Shown: positions 1 to 10,762 of the stretch, piece by piece
Layout: the number at the start of each line of letters is the position of its first letter
Position numbering within the stretch: the first letter of the stretch is position 1
Origin: Sphyrna mokarran
Lineage: Eukaryota
DNA: 64,000 bases
Assembly (NCBI GenBank): GCA_024679065.1
Contig: JAGIQG010000007.1
Span: 74,338,001-74,402,000, forward strand
Direction of reading: 5' to 3'
Program-made: the position numbers and the translations under genes
Notes under the pieces: generated by a model
Told to the model about the DNA's origin: nothing
Seen by the model: the letters and a program-made list of their open reading frames with translations, nothing else
Database searches by the model: none

Positions 1-59
1 TTTTTCAACCCTCCTTTTTTTCACTTGCTGAAAATCTATTATATATCTAATACAGAAGT

Positions 60-600
60 AATCAATCTTGCTGTAACTGTACAGGACATTGTGATATGCA
101 TCTAAAATACTGCACACAATTTAGTCTCTTATTTAAAAAAGGATACAAATTGCATTTGAAGCTTTACTGTGGTTGATTCATGGATTCAGCATGATTGAAA
201 AGGTTTTGTCATACTTGTTGGAGTTTAAAACAGTAACAGGTGATCCTATTCAAACATAATTGATGCTGTGGGGGCTTCACAGGGTGAATGCTGAGAGGAT
301 ATTTCTCCTCATGGGGGAATCTAGAACTATGGGACAGTTTAAAAATATGGGCTCTCCACTTAAAATGGCAAAGAGGAATTTCTTCTCAGAGCGTCATGTC
401 TTTTTACAACTCTCTTCAACAAAAGCAGTGGAGACTGAGTTAATGAATAAATTCAAGGCAGAGTTAGTCAACTAAGACAATTAACTCATTGTGGGGACAG
501 ACAGAACTGTACTTAAAACCGTCCATCAGATTAGCCATATTATTGAATGGTAGAACATGCTCTGTGGGCTGAATGGCCTACTTCTACTTCTTTTGATGTC
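60..600 (+). mobile_element. Degenerate CR1-type LINE 3' fragment
   Basis: Decayed ORF2 C-terminal motifs (RNFFS.R) and a ...gggctgaatggcctacttct 3' tail. Confidence 0.7.
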
Positions 601-1689
601 ACAATTTCTAAATTTTCCCCATTCTGATCAACTGCACTGACCTTAAACATTAACTCGGTTTCTCCCTTTACAGATGCTGCTTTACAACTGAGTACTACAA
701 AAAAAATTTAAGATTCCACTGATAGTATGCCTATGCAAAAACAAAGTATAATAAATAAAGGAAGATTTAGTGTCCAAGAACTGCAATTTTTTTTTAAAAA
801 CCAACTTCAGAGCCTGGAAATGGACATTCAACTGAAACATTTCTGTCTGTCTCTAACAGGCTACAGAGCAAACACTGGAAAATGGGAATAGAATAGATAG
901 ATGCATGACAGCCAGCAAAGACATGATGGGCCAAGAGGCGCCTATGTGCTGTAAAGCTCTATGGTTTTTATGTTGATAAAGAGTTGTTTTCTTCTTTTTT
1001 GAAACAAAATTCAGAAATATATTTAATAACCAAAATATGTAAGTTATACTGTAACAGAGGTATTTGGTGTTTTGAGGCAAGACTTGTCTGTACCACAAAT
1101 GGAGAAACTAACCAAGAATGATAATCCCCCATCAGAATGGCTCCCCGAGACAAAAATCTAACCAGAATAAAGCATTCAACCCACTGGAAGGTTCTTTCCC
1201 CACAGCCTCTCTCAAATAAGATAACCATGGCCCAAGTAACTGACTTCAGGTCGCTCCCCTAAACTAGTCAGGAATCCAACCTTTGTCCCAGATAATCACC
1301 ACTGAACACAATGATTGCAATAGGGTGTCCTGTTTCTCTGACTCACAATGATTATTGTCCCTTTGTTGCTGCCTTGGGCTGCTGATTTATTACCTGACAA
1401 CTCAGATGAGATCATTGATGAAATAACACTATGTCCTGCCAAGCCAAGATGGTTGCTGATACCCATCTGCACATACGCACTTGGAACCCAAAGATGCAAT
1501 TTGCTAGAACTATGAATCTAATGGTGATGACTTTTTGACAACCTTCAAAGTTTTAATAATATTACAGCATTACTCATATATCTCCAAAATGATTTACACC
1601 AGCCAAAAAAAACAACCAAGTGGACCATTCTTCTGAACTAATTAAATGGTTAGACTGAAATTTTAAACAATTCCACACTTCCTGAGCTC

Positions 1690-2110
1690 ATAAAATTACT
1701 CCTGGATGCCAAGGCTCAATTATTCCAATTGGTAGTGGCTAGTCTCTCACTTGCTGTCTCGTTCATTCGAAGCCCTGTTCATCCATCACTTATGTACATG
1801 CTGACCTATTCTGGCTCTGGGTCAAGAAAGATTTTAAAATTCCCATTTGTGTTTCAAATTCCTCCATGGCCTCAGCTGTACCCTACCTCTTTAAATCACC
1901 TCCACGATTCTCCAACACACCTCTTGAGCACCTGATTTTAGTTCATCACCATTGGCCACATCTTTAACTGGCTAGTTCCAAGGTCTGGTTTTCCATTCCT
2001 CTACCTCCTGAATTCTCTACCTCTTTCCTCCTTTAAGGCACTTCTTAAAACATTGCCACCAAGCTTTTAGCCATCTGCCCTGTTATCACCTTTTATGATT
2101 CAATGTCTAA
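1690..2110 (+). mobile_element. Old L2-type LINE 3' fragment
   Basis: Decayed L2-like ORF end (tttaaaattcccatttgtgtttcaaattcctccatggcct); resembles 55060-55300. Confidence 0.55.
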
Positions 2111-2779
2111 TTTTGCTTTAAGGCTGCAAGTAACTACAAAATGTTACATTTATCATGCTTTTAACATAACAAAAAGTAATTATGATGTGCTGATTATTTT
2201 CATGTGGAAAAATAACCAAAAGGTTTGCTATCACATAATCAAGTCAAAGGGTAACCATTTGGCTTACTCTGATGTAAGATTTAATTAGAACAACTTCCTA
2301 TTAATTCGGGCATTCATTCATAATGAATGACTACTTTGCACCTACTATGGCAGCTAATTCATATAACATTAACCATTACCTAAAGCCCGATGAGTGAAAT
2401 ATATCATAGCAAGATCAATGGATAATCAATTCCAGACTTGGATAGTAGAGAATGGTGCTGTTGCAATAGTCAACATGTTTTTTTGCAAGCTGAGAGTTCA
2501 GAAATTCATATTTCAAATGACAGAGCAGACAATTCTCCACCAAGCAGCTTCCTTCTCACTTAAAAGCATTTATGTTTGAAGGAGTTCAAAGAACTCTCCA
2601 CATATTAAAAATACTAATGGCAAAATTATAACAGTCCAAGCAAAAGGACCTAGCGGTATAGATACCCAAATCACTATAAATAGTGAAAAGCAGACAAGTC
2701 ACGTTAAACCCATAAAACCTTGGTTAGATCATACTTGGAAGCTAAGTGCGCAGTTCTGGTTGCCATATTGTACTATGGA

Positions 2780-3325
2780 TAAGAACATAAGAAATAGGAG
2801 CAGGAGGAGGCCATCTAGCCCTTCGAGCCTGTCCCGTCATTCAATAAGATCATGGCTGATCTGAAGTCGATTAGTTTCCTGCTTTCTCCCCATAATCTTA
2901 ATTCCCACATCTATCAGAAATCTATCTACCCGTGACTAGCCTCCACCACTTCAATGGGCAGAGAATTCCAGAAATTCATCATCCTTAGAGTGAAGAAGTT
3001 CCTCCTCAACTCTGTTCTAAAGTGCCCCCCCCGGCTTATTTTGAGGCTGTGCCTTCTAATTCTGCTATCCTTTCTAAGTGGGAAGAATCTTTCTACCTCT
3101 ACCCTATCTAGGCCCTTCATTATCTTGCAATCTATAAGATCCCCCGCCTCAGCCTTCTAAAACTGTAAGGCGTACAGACCCAGTCTATTCAATCTCTCTT
3201 CATAAGCTAACACTCTCATCTCCAGTATCAGCCTGGTGAACCTTCTCTGTACTCCAAGGCCAATATATCCTTTCGCAAATGCAGGGACCAAAACTGCACA
3301 CAGTACTCCAGTTGCGACCTCAGAT
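2780..3325 (-). mobile_element. CR1 LINE 3' fragment nested in an older plus-strand CR1 remnant
   Basis: VQRRFTRLILEMR...YEERLNRLGLY and FRTELRRNFFT motifs; taagaacataagaaataggagcagg tail. Confidence 0.85.
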
Positions 3326-3524
3326 ATAGAGGCATTAAGGAATATGAACAAGATTTCCAACTAGGAAATTTTTAGGAAAGGATAATCTAAAATAGGTGTC
3401 CATAGATATAAAAAGGGTTTGATAGGATGGATGGAGAAGATGCATCCAATTGTGGACACCCCAAAATTCAGGGAAAGATGAAAGTGGAGGAGAAAAGAAG
3501 AAACCTATTTGTGTGCAAAATATT

Positions 3525-3905
3525 TATATTACTGAAATAGTAATCCAGAGGCAAGGATAAATGATCCAGCAATATGCATTCAAATTCAACCACAGTAGTT
3601 GGGGAATTTAAATTCAATGTACAACATATGGATTCTGAAAAAAGCTAGCAATGGTGAACAATAAAGTGATCAGATTGCTGTAAAAGCTAAATGGTTTATT
3701 TACGCCCTTTAAAAAATGAAATCAGCATCTTTGCCCAATCCAGCTTCCAAACTTAGGGCAATGTTAATCTCACTTCCCTGTCTTCTGGAATGGCTAAGCA
3801 CATCATTCACATGTATTCATCATCACCTTCTTGAGGGCAATTAGGAATGGACAATAAAGTCTAAGCTTGCCAATAAGACATACATCCCATGGATGAATTA
3901 AAAAA
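3525..3905 (+). mobile_element. Old SINE with a LINE-derived tail
   Basis: Similar copy at 53590-53890; tail caccttcttgagggcaattaggaatggacaataaa matches the LINE end at ~41075-41125. Confidence 0.6.
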
Positions 3906-4074
3906 TACCCAGATTAGTAAGAACATGGAACTCATTATCGTAAAAAGTAGTTGAAGTAAATAAGATATATGCATCAAAGGGAAGGCTAGAGAATCACATG
4001 AGGGACAAATGAATAAAAGTCTATGCTGATGGGGTTAGATGAAGGTCAGCTCACAGGAAGCTCACGAGTGCAAA

Positions 4075-4625
4075 AAGGAAAATCCATATTTATATAGTGC
4101 CTTTCAGGGCCACCAAGCATCCCAAAGCTGCAGTAACAGTTCTACTATAGTAAACATGCACTCATCAACATGATAATGATCAGATAATCTGGCTTTGTGG
4201 TAATGATTGAGGATTGATTGATCACAACATTAGAACCATGTAAATTACTGTGGATTACAGCAAAGTGGGCAGTGTCGTTGTCTGGCATATTGACTTCTAC
4301 CTCACAGAGGCTAATCACCAATTTTCAGATACCCCCCCAGACCAAGACCACACCACACTAAGCTATTATCCCCAACACCATTATTGACTTTATTTCCTCC
4401 AGATGCCTCCCCTCCTCAGTCTCCCAACTCCAGACATTCAACTGAGGGCACTGACATAATCTTGGTTTAAGGTCTTATTTGAAATAACAGCATCTCTGAG
4501 AGAGTACTGCACTGGGTATCAGCCCACTGCTGGACAGGGTTCGACACTGCTGGACACACAACCATCTGACTAAGAGACGAAAGTGCTATCAACTGATTTA
4601 AGGCATAGTCCAGCTGGCAAATGGC
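4075..4625 (-). mobile_element. Interrupted DeuSINE (SacSINE1/AmnSINE1-like) remnant
   Basis: Reverse complement of the GAAAGGCRCTATATAAAT tail, plus Deu-domain-like sequence. Confidence 0.55.
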
Positions 4626-5012
4626 TTGCTTTGGTGCTTTAAATTTGCACTTCAACTAATAATCAGGAAAGAATATCTTTGGAGTCCCAACAGTCCACAA
4701 TGTAGTTTGGAGAATACCTTAGGGATAACTATCTTGCAGAGTAGTATTGCAAATGGACTAAATTTTCTTCCTTTGAAACATATCATTGGCATAAAACCAA
4801 GAGAGAAAGCCAAATCGAAAAAAATCTACAAACTTCCAATAGCAGGAAAAATTCAGTCACCCACTTTATTGGGGAAACCATGAATTAGTGTAGCCATACA
4901 AATATCAGAAAGACAAACGGCTATAAAACAAAAATACTTACATAACTTGTAAAATCTGAACATACATCTTTATCAAACCAAATCAGTGCCAATTAAATGA
5001 AAATAACCTTAC

Positions 5013-5122
5013 CAAGCTGCTTTTCAATCAATGCATTCTCAGTAAGAGCAATGCGCTGATGTTTGATCTTGCCGAAGCCACGTTTGTAGATTAATTCACG
5101 GACAGATTTCAGATTTGGATAT
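5013..5122 (-). CDS. RPL7: RPL7 coding exon 5 (110 nt); the following exon was not found in the window
   Basis: [37 protein letters not shown]; ttctag acceptor, GTAAGG donor. Confidence 0.96.
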
Positions 5123-5574
5123 CTAGAAAATGAATATTTCTTTAAAATTATCACCATTCTATGACATACTATCTCCTGGTTAAACTCCCAGTACACATAT
5201 TATTAAATCACCAAGAACAGTTAGTTTCAACCAATACAAATGTAGATCAATTTCTGTTAAAGTGACATATTTAGTCCCTAGCTATAACAAATCAAAATTC
5301 TTGTCCATTTTGGAAGGCATGTTTAACCAGACACTGTCAAGTTGTGTCTTCTTCATCAGAAATATATATTTATAGTGTTCTCCAATGTATATCTGACCCA
5401 CAAAGCCCAGCAATTCAGTTCTATTGTATTTCCATGCCTATTATGAAAAGGCTTGTTAATCCATGCTAGGGCAGAAATTCAAACGTAAAAACAACCAGAT
5501 GTTCCCCAATGGTTCAAAAGGGATAGAGTTTAGCCGGGAAGAGAAAATGAAAGCAAGAAAAACAGCAAGTATGT

Positions 5575-6380
5575 TACTATCCACTGGTTTGTTCTCACTG
5601 GAACAAGAGATTGGGAGCAAACTGATAGAAGTTTTTAAGATTATAAGGGGCCTGAACAAAATGGAGAATCAGAAACTTTTTCCTCAGGGGGGAGGAATCA
5701 ATTACTAGAAGGCATAAGTTTAATGTGCAAGGGGCAAGTTTTAAAGGAGATGTACAAGGCAAGTTTTTTTTAAAAAGAGGATGGTGGGTGCCTGGAATTT
5801 GCTGCAGGCAGAGAGGAGGCATAGCAGCAGCAGGGTCTGGACAAATACATGAATAGGATGGGTATTGTGGGATACAGTCCCCAGAAGGGTAGGGGGTTTA
5901 CTTCAGTCAGGCAGCATGATTGGTGCAGGCTTGGCAGGCCAAAGGGCCAGTCCCTTTGTGATAATTTTCTTTGTTTTATTATTTACAGCCTCAGGGCATC
6001 CAAAACGACTTCACAACTAATTAGGTAGTTCTGATGTTTCCCCTGCATTGTAATGAAGGAAAACCATAAGAGTTAATTTGCACAAAAGTCATATAAATAG
6101 CAGTAACAATAGCCTTACTGCTATCATAAGTTGGTGATTGTGGCTCATAAACATGGAATAGGATACATCCCTTGTTCACCAAGTAGTGCCACAGTAATTT
6201 TGGAATCTATCCTAGAGGTAAAATGTCTCAATCAAAAGATCAAAGATGACTCAACAATGCAGTAGTCTCTCAGTGTAGAATTAAAATCTGAAACTGGACT
6301 GTGTGTTTGAGGGACAATGGACCTGACCCCATAACCTTCTGTTTCTGAGGGAAAGGTGCTGGCTCTGAGTTATGACTGAC
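5575..6380. mobile_element. CR1 3' end (+) abutting a DeuSINE remnant (-)
   Basis: GLFSLEQ...LIEVFKIIRGL motif to ~5975, followed by an antisense Deu-like body. Confidence 0.7.
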
Positions 6381-6866
6381 ACCTATGTCACAACCAATAA
6401 CCTCAATACTCTGGTATGGGAATGAAACAGCAATGGTCTTTATTTCTTAAATAACCTCCACTAGACAAAAACTTGTGAAATTTTGGGTGATGAAATAATC
6501 AAGCTATGTTTTATAACAGGCCATTAAGAGTTGAATTGCACCTTGATGTCATGATTACCAAATGCCAAAATATCTAACAATGTGGACATGCAAGTTGTCA
6601 ATATCTTAGGAAAAATAGTTTATCTTAAATATAAAGAATATGTTCCCTAATCACCACAGCAGACTAGAATGTTTTCCAATTAAGTAATAAAAAACAGTGA
6701 CAGAAACTGTGTAGGCCACTATCCATGCCTGTTTGAGGTTTGTTGTATTAAACCACCAATCACATGCATTAAAAAAAAAACCTGGTTTCACACCATACTA
6801 TATTTTAACACTTGACCAAAAACATACCATTTCGTCTTTGCTAATTGCTTATTTCTAACCACATAC

Positions 6867-7004
6867 CCCCATGCAATGTATGGCTCTGCAATACGGAGCA
6901 TGTTGATTGAAGCCTTATTCAGTTTCACAAACACTCCATTGAAGATCTGACGCAGTCGTAGAAGCTGAAGCACCTTACGAACTTTAGGGCTAACACCATT
7001 GATG
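6867..7004 (-). CDS. RPL7: RPL7 coding exon 4 (138 nt)
   Basis: [46 protein letters not shown] (uL30 domain); cacag acceptor, GTATGT donor. Confidence 0.97.
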
Positions 7005-7152
7005 CTGTGAACCAAGGACAGAAATTAACAACATAGATAAAGGAATATTCTTTTAAAAGTAGTTGTTTATTTGCTGTCAATTTGTAATGGCTTGAAAAAA
7101 AATCAGATTAACCCATCATTACACTGATGAATAACCCTGCATTTCTACTTAC

Positions 7153-7319
7153 CCCCTAATACGGATCACAAAAGCTAGCCTAGGCTCCGCAGGGACATAA
7201 TAATTATTAGCTTTGCGTGCCATTCTGGCAAGGCGGATCTCACGTCTGTACATTTGCTTGTATTCCTTGTGGTAGAACTCAGCCCTCTTGTAGATTAGTT
7301 TTCTGTTCACTCTATTCAT
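7153..7319 (-). CDS. RPL7: RPL7 coding exon 3 (167 nt)
   Basis: [56 protein letters not shown]; ttaag acceptor, GTAAGT donor. Confidence 0.97.
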
Positions 7320-7499
7320 CTTAAAAAGAAAGGCACATTTGCTTAAAATGTACTAAACATACATGGCTTACATTATATTCCGTTTAAAAAAGTTAAAATA
7401 AAAAACATAGAATCCCTACAATGCAGAAAGAGACAAATATAACCTATCAAGTCAGCACAGACCGTCTGAAAAGCATTTGATTAACCTGATCAACTGGCA

Positions 7500-7700
7500 A
7501 GTTAGTATTTTCTACCAATATTCATCCCTCCATCAACATAATGAAAATATTATCTGGTCTTTATTGCGCTGTTTATTGGAGAGCTTGTATGAAATTTGGC
7601 AGCTGAATTTCCCACAATACAACAGTAACTTCACATGAGATACATTTGAGATGCCTGGTGTCCCTGAAAGGGTCTATATAAATGCACGTCTACCTTTATT
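7500..7700 (+). mobile_element. DeuSINE 3' remnant
   Basis: Ends cctgaaagggtctatataaatgcacgtc, a DeuSINE-type tail. Confidence 0.55.
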
Positions 7701-8342
7701 CCCTCTTTTCCAAATCATCAGACTAATGTTACTTTGTACATGATAGTATTTAAATTCTGCTCTGTGGTAAGTTTGTGGTCTACAAAGAGTTGATCTTTGC
7801 AGATACTATTGTGATTTTTAAAGGACATCTAGACAAATACATGAATAGGATGGGAATAGAGGAATATGGTCCCCGAAAGGGTATGGGGTTTTAATTCAAT
7901 CGGGAAGCATGGTTGGTGCAGGCTTAGAGGGCCAAAAGGCTGGTTCCTGTGCTGTAATCTTCTTTATTCTTTATTTACAACCTCAGGACATCCAAAACGA
8001 CTTCATAGCTAATTAAATATTTCTGATGTTTCCCCCATATCGGTAATGAAGATTAAAGCATGGTAGTCAATTTGCACAAAAATCATATAAACAGCAGTAA
8101 AAAAAACAGATGCATAAAGCTATCAAACCTGGTGATTTTGGTTGGTAAACATTTTATCCAAAGGATGGGACCTGCGGGTTAGTACTGCACTATGTTAGCC
8201 TAGCTTTCTTGCTCAAATCCTTAAGTGTAAATTGAACTCAAAACTTCTTGACTCAGTGGCAATAATTCTACCAACTTGTGTCATAGCTGTCTTTAGAGGC
8301 ACTGAAACTACTTCTATAACTGAATAATTCAACAATTGTAAT

Positions 8343-8525
8343 AGAAACAAAATACTGCAGATACTAGAAATCTGAAATAAAAACAGAAGATGCTGGATAA
8401 CCTCAGCAGGTCTACAGCATTCGTGGAGAAAAACTGATAATATTTTCAGTCTATCAAAACTTAACTGCTTCTCTCCACAAATGCTTTTTGACCTGCTATT
8501 TTTATGTAGCATTTTGTTTTCAACT
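8343..8525. mobile_element. Imperfect palindromic Penelope-type terminal-repeat element (family B)
   Basis: Inverted arms (cagcaggtctacagcattcgtggaga / tctccacaaatgctttttgacctgct); related pieces at 622-720, 29487-29525, 33437-33530, 43270-43335, 54432-54490 and 61838-61950. Confidence 0.6.
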
Positions 8526-8794
8526 TCAAAAATTGTCTTATTGACAAAGCATTACAACTGCTATTAAATTAACTCTCTAAGTGCATCCTTGGATCCTCAG
8601 TTTTTTTTTTCCATGTACAACTTACCATAAATGATAGCCTTTTAATTGTTACTACATTGGAAAACAGGTGCATTAAAGATTTTGTCTGCAAAAATTAGAA
8701 GATTATGAACCACCACTGAAAATAATATATTTATGATAGGAACATTATGTGGCCTTATTATTGTTCTTCCATTGTCAATGAGAACCAAGTTGTT

Positions 8795-9150
8795 CCAGTC
8801 CTTTTGCAAGCAAGGATCCATTCCTCAGAAACTTTTGATGCTTCCATCATACACCTCTATAGGAGGAAGGGCAATCGGCAAATGTGCGACAATCACAGAG
8901 GAATCTCGCTGCTGTCCATCATAGGAAAAACCCTAACAAAAGTCCTCATCTAGATCTGGGCCTGCTTCCAGGGTCACAATGTGGCTTCCACAACAGTTGC
9001 AGACTATTGACATGATTTTTGCTGTGCGCCAACTTCAGAAGAACTGTCAGGAGCAGAATTGCGAGCTCTAGACAACCTTTGTTGATCTCATGAAAGCCTT
9101 CAACACTTCAGCCGACAAGGCCTGTGGAGGATCATGTCAGAGTTTGGCTG
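8795..9150 (+). mobile_element. RTE-clade LINE reverse transcriptase fragment
   Basis: DASIIHLYRRKGNRQMCDNHRGISLLSIIGK, followed by decayed QCGF...DMIFAVRQLQ...FVDL.KAF motifs. Confidence 0.85.
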
Positions 9151-9318
9151 CACCCCTCCCCAAAACCACCATTCATGTGTCCTTAATAGTGAAGTACATG
9201 GGCAGAAATGTTTCCATTATTATGCAATATAAGACAAAGGCATTTAAACTTTTACTGTCACACATTTATTAATGATGATTAAAAGTTATAGTTCAATAGA
9301 TCGAAATATTTCACAAAC

Positions 9319-9421
9319 CTTCTTTTCTACCAACAAACGCTTGATGCGCTTGGCCTTCATCAGTGCAAACGCCTGGCGCTTTTTCAAAAGACTTTCAGGG
9401 ACAGATGGCACCTTCTTCGCT
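9319..9421 (-). CDS. RPL7: RPL7 coding exon 2 (103 nt)
   Basis: Translates AKKVPSVPESLLKKRQAFALMKAKRIKRLLVEKK; ctag acceptor, GTTTGT donor. Confidence 0.95.
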
Positions 9422-9856
9422 CTAGTTAAAAAGAAACAGATGGAATTAATGTTACTTTATCATAAATTATTTTCAGTGCCCTTCACTTAATAGGGATATT
9501 AAACAACGTGTACTGTAATAGGCCACAGCCTGATCGTGAAAACACTAAATGCATATTTACAGTGAATATGGTCCTGGTACAAAATTTGTTTTTTAAATGC
9601 TATTTCTAAGATCTTGCTTAGTCAATTGCATTAGTTAAGAGTAAATGAAAGCTTCAATTGGGCGCAATATAACCTGAGCAGCCGGATCTGGATAAGCCAG
9701 TCGTCCTAACACCGCATCCAAACAGTTAGATTAAACAGAAAGGTATAAACGTAAGCTAGCTCGTCATACAAGAATATCCCGTCGGTGGACAGTGTTGGAA
9801 ATTAAAAGTTAACTACGGATGGATTCGGATTTTAATTCAGTTGACTCCACACTCAC

Positions 9857-9870
9857 TTCTGGTCCGCCAT
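9857..9870 (-). CDS. RPL7: 60S ribosomal protein L7, coding exon 1 (M-A-D-Q-E, phase 2)
   Basis: ATGGCGGACCAGAA followed by a GTGAGT donor; lies just downstream of a pyrimidine tract; frame joins exon 2. Confidence 0.9.
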
Positions 9871-9886
9871 GATCACCGGAGCCCAC

Positions 9887-9932
9887 GGGGCGGGGGAAGA
9901 GGAATCACGCATGCGCAGAGGATATTTATAAA
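9887..9932 (-). promoter_or_regulatory. RPL7 core promoter: TCT/5'TOP pyrimidine initiator, NRF1-like site and TATA-like box
   Basis: The minus strand reads TTCCTCTTCCCCCGCCCC (9904-9887). ACGCATGCGCA lies at 9907-9917. TATAAA on the minus strand (9930-9925) is about 25 nt upstream of the tract. Confidence 0.7.
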
Positions 9933-10312
9933 CCTACCTTTGGACGCTGTCCCTGATATTGCCTGAACTGATGCAACGATTTCAATGTCGTTAATAACAT
10001 CCGTCTGTTTATTTCAATTGGCATTTTTTTTTTAAAAGAAAAGCTGAAGGCAAAGTATCGGAGGACAGTCAGAGGAGGCAGTGGTGAAGTGACCTGGCCC
10101 TGGGAGGGGTCCTTGCCCGCGGGGAGGGCCGGTTGCTTATTTAAAGGCTGAGGCGGAGTGAAGATGATCAGAGTCCGGAGGAGGCGGTGGTGGTACTGGC
10201 TGGATACCGGCCCAGCCCAACGGGAGTCACCTCAGCAGCATCACCACCATCCAGCCGCCTCTGACAGCTCTCTGTGCGGCAACCCACCAGCCTTTCCTGC
10301 CCGGCGCCAGCC

Positions 10313-10762
10313 ATGAACATCGCGGCCGAGTTTTTCGTTGTCACTTTCAAAGTGCTGTGGGCTTTCGTCCTGGCCGCCGCCAGATGGCTGATCAAGCCCA
10401 AGGAGAAGAGCGTGTGCGACCAGGTGTGCCTGATCACGGGAGCTGGCAGCGGGCTGGGCCGCCTCTTCGCGCTGGAGTTCGCCAAGAGGAACGCCAGCCT
10501 GGTACTGTGGGATATCAACCGGGAGAGTAACGAGGAGACGGCCGAGAAGGTCCGGCAGCTGGGCGCCCGGGTCTACACTTACACTTGCGACGTGAGTAAA
10601 AGAAGTAGTGTGTACCGGACGGCCGATCTGGTGAGGAGGGAGATCGGAGATGTGACTGTGCTGGTCAATAACGCAGGTGTGGTATCCGGACACCATCTCC
10701 TCGAGTGTCCCGATGAACTTATCGAGAGGACCATGATGGTCAACTGCCACGCTCACTTTTGG
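10313..10762 (+). CDS. RDH10: Retinol dehydrogenase 10 (SDR16C family), coding exon 1 (150 codons)
   Basis: Kozak context gccagccATG; [26 protein letters not shown]...TGAGSGLG (TGxxxGxG)...NNAG...NCHAHFW; GTGAGT donor. Confidence 0.97.

Noticed and set aside
1-5012. RPL7 final coding exon (…NNFLWPFKL…)
   Set aside because: No matching sequence found by eye; presumably lies left of the window.
5335-5362. Antisense CTGATGA as another hammerhead
   Set aside because: No properly spaced GAAA and no supporting stems.
5123-9856. Intronic snoRNAs in RPL7
   Set aside because: No convincing C/D box pair with terminal stem, or H/ACA structure, on the RPL7 sense strand.
10274-10312. N-terminal extension of RDH10 in the ORF track
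   Set aside because: It starts at GTG; the ATG at 10313 has strong Kozak context and matches the known N-terminus.
10241-10756. 171-aa and 116-aa antisense ORFs over RDH10 exon 1
   Set aside because: Shadow ORFs expected from GC-rich codon usage; no recognisable domain.
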